Virus record (IMG/VR): IMGVR_UViG_3300029825_000041 | Coordinates: 1 to 27,695 of that record | DNA from: a virus | Taxonomy: Duplodnaviria; Caudoviricetes | Strand: one strand, 5' to 3' | Length of the DNA stretch: 27,695 nt | Part shown: positions 24,690 through 27,695 of the stretch, piece by piece | How positions within the stretch are numbered: position 1 is the first letter of the stretch | How the letters are laid out: each line of letters begins with the position of its first letter | The notes under the pieces: model-generated | What the model was told of the DNA's origin: nothing | The model's database searches: none | What the model saw: only the letters and a program-made list of their open reading frames with translations | Translations under genes and position numbers: made by a program

Positions 24690-26435
24690 TTATTCAAATT
24701 CATCCTTGTTCAGCTTATAGGAGATATAAGCATTGAGCAATGCAGAAACAGAGTCGATTTTTTCCTCACGATGTTTCTTAAGAAGTTTTCGGTTGCCATT
24801 CGTATCCTCAATGGTAACACAGTTACCCATTGTAAAGCGGAATAACTCTTGGTCAAACACAAGGAGACGTTCTTCAGAAATTTTCTTCAATTCACCGAGA
24901 GGAACCGATTCGGTTTTTGCACCTTGAATGACTTTTTCAATTGCATTGGGGCCATTTTCTTTTTGCCAGCGTGCAATGAATTCTTGCGCGTTGTACGGGT
25001 CGAAGCCGACACTACGAACATCATAGTTTTTGTCGACAATGTACTTATCCAGGTCATCATAGACCGACATCATATCAAGCACGGCGCCATCGAGAACCAT
25101 AAGCGATCCTTCATTGATGAAATCGTCATACTTAATACGAAGTGCGCCTGGCAACTTTAATAATGTTAAACTCGAAATGTAGCAGCGAGTCTTAACGCCA
25201 AAAGCACCGCGGCCAACCGGGAAGAGAAAGGTAAATGCGCAGAAGTCATCACCTTGTGAAAGGTCAATACCAAGAGCACAAGTACATTTCCAGAATGACT
25301 GCCGTCGATGAAGTTCAGTCTCCTCATATGTAAAGAAATAAGTATAGCCTTCCATCGGAATACCGAAACGTTTGGCTAATATGTCATTTCTTGTAGCGGG
25401 TGCTTGTTCAGCACGTTCTACATCACGTTGATATGTTTCATACGAAACGGTTTTACCAAGATTTGGGTTTGCTTTTACCCACATGTCGGGGTTGGCCACC
25501 TCCTCGGCAGTATCAAGTCGGTAATACCAAATAGAAACATGATCAGCTTGATACTCATTTCGGAGAATATCCATAAGTTCCATCTTAATTGTATCACCAG
25601 AACTATTACGGACAGTTCCTTCCGAACTGATTGCAACGATCAGGTAGTCATCCATTTTGGATGCGCCCTGTTCTATTGCGCCAACAACATCTTCTCTGAT
25701 GTCGCCAGAAAGCCATTCATCGATGGTTGAAATTTTAGGCCGAAGACCTTGAAGTTTGTCAATGGTCATAGGCCGAACTTCCAATAAAGATCCTGTCAAG
25801 AAGTTCTCAATACCTTTTTTGGTTGGAGAAAGCTTCTGACGATTTGCTCTGGAACCAGTGGTATTTTGAATCGACCCTTCTGTTAGGAATCGGAACAATG
25901 GTCCTCGTGATCTTGTGATAGCAGTACGAATTGGTGACATTACTTCGTCGGCTTGCTTCATTGTTGGGGCGGTTGTAATCTGGTGTGTAGTGCTAGTATC
26001 AACATTCAAGAAGTAGTTTTGAATACAACTTGCATACATTGATTTAGCAGCACCACGAGCAACAATCAAGTATTGTTTGTTTGTCAAACGTTTCTTGATT
26101 AATCGACGTTCATACTGACCAGCTTTAGCACCTATACCGGGAACGAATACAGAACGTTCCTCAAAGTAATACCATCCAAAAATGTCTTCAGCCCAGAGTT
26201 TAAATGAATCCAAAAGATGTAAATCGGAACCATCAGTTAAAGTTAACTCTGATTCGCAGAAAAGAATAAACCCTTCAACTGCATCTTCATCGTAATAGTA
26301 TTTCGGATTACGAATCCTATCATCGATTCGATTCATTTGCATGGAGATTTCATTGTTAACAGGAATCTCGCCTCTCAACACGGCGTCCCGGAATTGCCCA
26401 TAGTACCGCGGAGTGGCCGTGTTTGATAAGCGCAT
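24690..26435 (-). CDS. terL: Terminase large subunit
   Basis: 581 aa. Walker A VARGAAKS, Walker B STIDEW, WVKANPNLG, and nuclease motifs LGIDLS, VGFDPYN and KIDSVSAL. Confidence 0.95.
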   Translation of the reverse strand: MRLSNTATPRYYGQFRDAVLRGEIPVNNEISMQMNRIDDRIRNPKYYYDEDAVEGFILFCESELTLTDGSDLHLLDSFKLWAEDIFGWYYFEERSVFVPGIGAKAGQYERRLIKKRLTNKQYLIVARGAAKSMYASCIQNYFLNVDTSTTHQITTAPTMKQADEVMSPIRTAITRSRGPLFRFLTEGSIQNTTGSRANRQKLSPTKKGIENFLTGSLLEVRPMTIDKLQGLRPKISTIDEWLSGDIREDVVGAIEQGASKMDDYLIVAISSEGTVRNSSGDTIKMELMDILRNEYQADHVSIWYYRLDTAEEVANPDMWVKANPNLGKTVSYETYQRDVERAEQAPATRNDILAKRFGIPMEGYTYFFTYEETELHRRQSFWKCTCALGIDLSQGDDFCAFTFLFPVGRGAFGVKTRCYISSLTLLKLPGALRIKYDDFINEGSLMVLDGAVLDMMSVYDDLDKYIVDKNYDVRSVGFDPYNAQEFIARWQKENGPNAIEKVIQGAKTESVPLGELKKISEERLLVFDQELFRFTMGNCVTIEDTNGNRKLLKKHREEKIDSVSALLNAYISYKLNKDEFE

Positions 26436-26466
26436 TGACTTACCTCCTCGGTTGAATCAATTTCCT

Positions 26467-26853
26467 TTAATCATATTCATCTTCCAGAGTAGGTTCCTCT
26501 GCGACGATGTGAGTTCCGGGTTTATGCCATGCTTCGATCCGCCAATCGCATTCTTTGATCTGACGTTCAATGGCCGTAACCAAGAAGGAATTTTGAGGAG
26601 GGTCAAAAATAAGTTTGACTCGAAGATGAACATCATTAAATACCAGATCCAAATCTGTTCGCCCCTGGAGAAATTCCGTCCAGGTCTGATCCTTACTTGT
26701 AATCGAATAACCTGCTAGTGGGCCGACTCCAAGTTCAGTCATGACCATTAAAGCGCCATTGATATGCATGATAAGTTCTTTATCAAAACTTGTATCAGCA
26801 CTTTCAATACCATGCATAGCTTTGACCGAGTCAAGTATACTCTCAACTACCAT
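26467..26853 (-). CDS. Head-tail adaptor (gp6/gp15-like)
   Basis: 128 aa. Motifs SILDSVKAM.GI...FDKELIMHINGA...L.ELGVGP and RVKLIFDPP. Confidence 0.7.
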   Translation of the reverse strand: MVVESILDSVKAMHGIESADTSFDKELIMHINGALMVMTELGVGPLAGYSITSKDQTWTEFLQGRTDLDLVFNDVHLRVKLIFDPPQNSFLVTAIERQIKECDWRIEAWHKPGTHIVAEEPTLEDEYD

Positions 26854-27257
26854 AATTTGGTATCCCCCCTTCTTCTTTCAATTGGTAATCGCGTAAAATT
26901 TCTGGCAGTGCCGAAATGAATTGCATTATGAGTAGCAAGTGAAGTACAGATCAGAAACTCTGGTTCAAGAATTGCAGGATCTCCTTCTTCAAGATCTCTG
27001 AGAGTCATTGGGTTTATATGATGAATCCGAATTGCGTCAAAGATGTCATAACCTTTAACCGCTAAATCGCAAGCACCATCTCGAATAATAATTTTATCTC
27101 GAACAGAACGCCAAGGACCAGAGTTGTAGAACTCTTGATTGAGGAATCGATCAAAGCCGAACGTTATGATACCTACTGATCCATGAAGCGCTAGGTAATT
27201 AAACCTCTCTTCAAAAGTTCGTAAGGATCTAAGTTCTGAATAAGTTCTAATCCTCAT
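26847..27257 (-). CDS. HNH endonuclease, probably packaging-associated
   Basis: Likely start ATG 27257. FYNS..WRSVRD.IIIRD..CDL, IHHINP and LICTS..THNAIH. HNH genes next to terminase are known cofactors in cos phages such as HK97 (gp74). Confidence 0.85.
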   Translation of the reverse strand: MRIRTYSELRSLRTFEERFNYLALHGSVGIITFGFDRFLNQEFYNSGPWRSVRDKIIIRDGACDLAVKGYDIFDAIRIHHINPMTLRDLEEGDPAILEPEFLICTSLATHNAIHFGTARNFTRLPIERRRGDTKLW

Positions 27258-27591
27258 TGCTACTCCGATCCGGATCATCGCCAGAGTAACGTTTCATAGC
27301 AGAGATAGCATCGGCATAAAGTTCATCGACTCGCCGAGCAGCTCTAATGGATTCTGTCTTGGCAGTGATGAGTTCTTTCTGCTTTTCAAGGATGTCTCGT
27401 TCTGTTCTTGCGGTGAGACTTCCCAGCTTTGCAAAGTATACGATTTCCTGTGCACTTGCGGTACCATTGCGTAATCGTTTCTCTGCTAACTGCATTGCCA
27501 AGGAAGCCATTTGGTTCTCACTACCTTCTGGCGTAGTTGCAGGAGCAGGCTTTCGTGGTACTTCTTGATCGAGCCGAGGGTATTTAGCCAT
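27247..27591 (-). CDS. Putative terminase small subunit
   Basis: 114 aa with RBS AAAGGAGG; first gene of the operon. Helical ENQMASLAMQLAEKRLRNGTAS...KLGS. Assignment rests mainly on position. Confidence 0.5.
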   Translation of the reverse strand: MAKYPRLDQEVPRKPAPATTPEGSENQMASLAMQLAEKRLRNGTASAQEIVYFAKLGSLTARTERDILEKQKELITAKTESIRAARRVDELYADAISAMKRYSGDDPDRSSNED

Positions 27592-27695
27592 AGTTTTACC
27601 TCCTTTGCTATGAGATCAAGGGCACTTTAGGAGGTCTTTTCCTACTGGAAAAATGCCGTGATACCCCAAAAAGTACCCCCGGGGAAAATATAAAG

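Noticed and set aside
26847-27278. HNH as a mobile homing endonuclease or intron ORF
   Set aside because: It is short, overlaps both neighbours in the packaging operon, and interrupts no gene; this fits a terminase-associated HNH.
1-27695. Complete DGR (RT, Avd, template repeat)
   Set aside because: No RT motifs and no non-coding repeat copy are visible in the window; only the target-like signature is reported.
1-27695. Stop-codon reassignment, tRNAs, integrase or defence genes
   Set aside because: Genes are intact and tightly packed in the standard code with TAA, TAG and TGA all used as stops; no intergenic room or motifs for the others were seen.

Overview
Packaging, head, tail and lysis module of a tailed dsDNA phage of the siphovirus type, encoded entirely on the minus strand in the standard genetic code. 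Reading right to left: putative small terminase, HNH nuclease, head-tail adaptor, large terminase, two 'LxH(Y/H)GILGQKWG' proteins flanking a 323-aa accessory protein, portal, prohead protease-major capsid fusion, head closure, tail terminator, major tail protein with an Ig-like domain, two chaperones, an embedded lysis cassette (small LigA-Ia-like ORF, amidase-SH3 endolysin, holin-like protein), gp10-like protein, a ~2640-aa tape measure, an apparently split Dit, a Tal/hub with a His-repeat needle, and a >990-aa tail fibre. The ORF track missed the tail fibre because it runs off the left edge. From memory, the gene order and motifs resemble ReqiPepy6/Mudcat/FP_oengus-like phages, and the host is probably a Firmicute (inference). 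The most striking element is the tail fibre C-terminus: ten near-identical 126-bp (42-aa) propeller-blade repeats. Their amino-acid variation is confined to a few codons that change at positions 1-2 while position 3 stays fixed, a DGR-like AAY pattern, and their variant blocks are shuffled between copies. No reverse transcriptase or template repeat is inside the window. An oriented TCAAAATGG motif also recurs six times on the coding strand.
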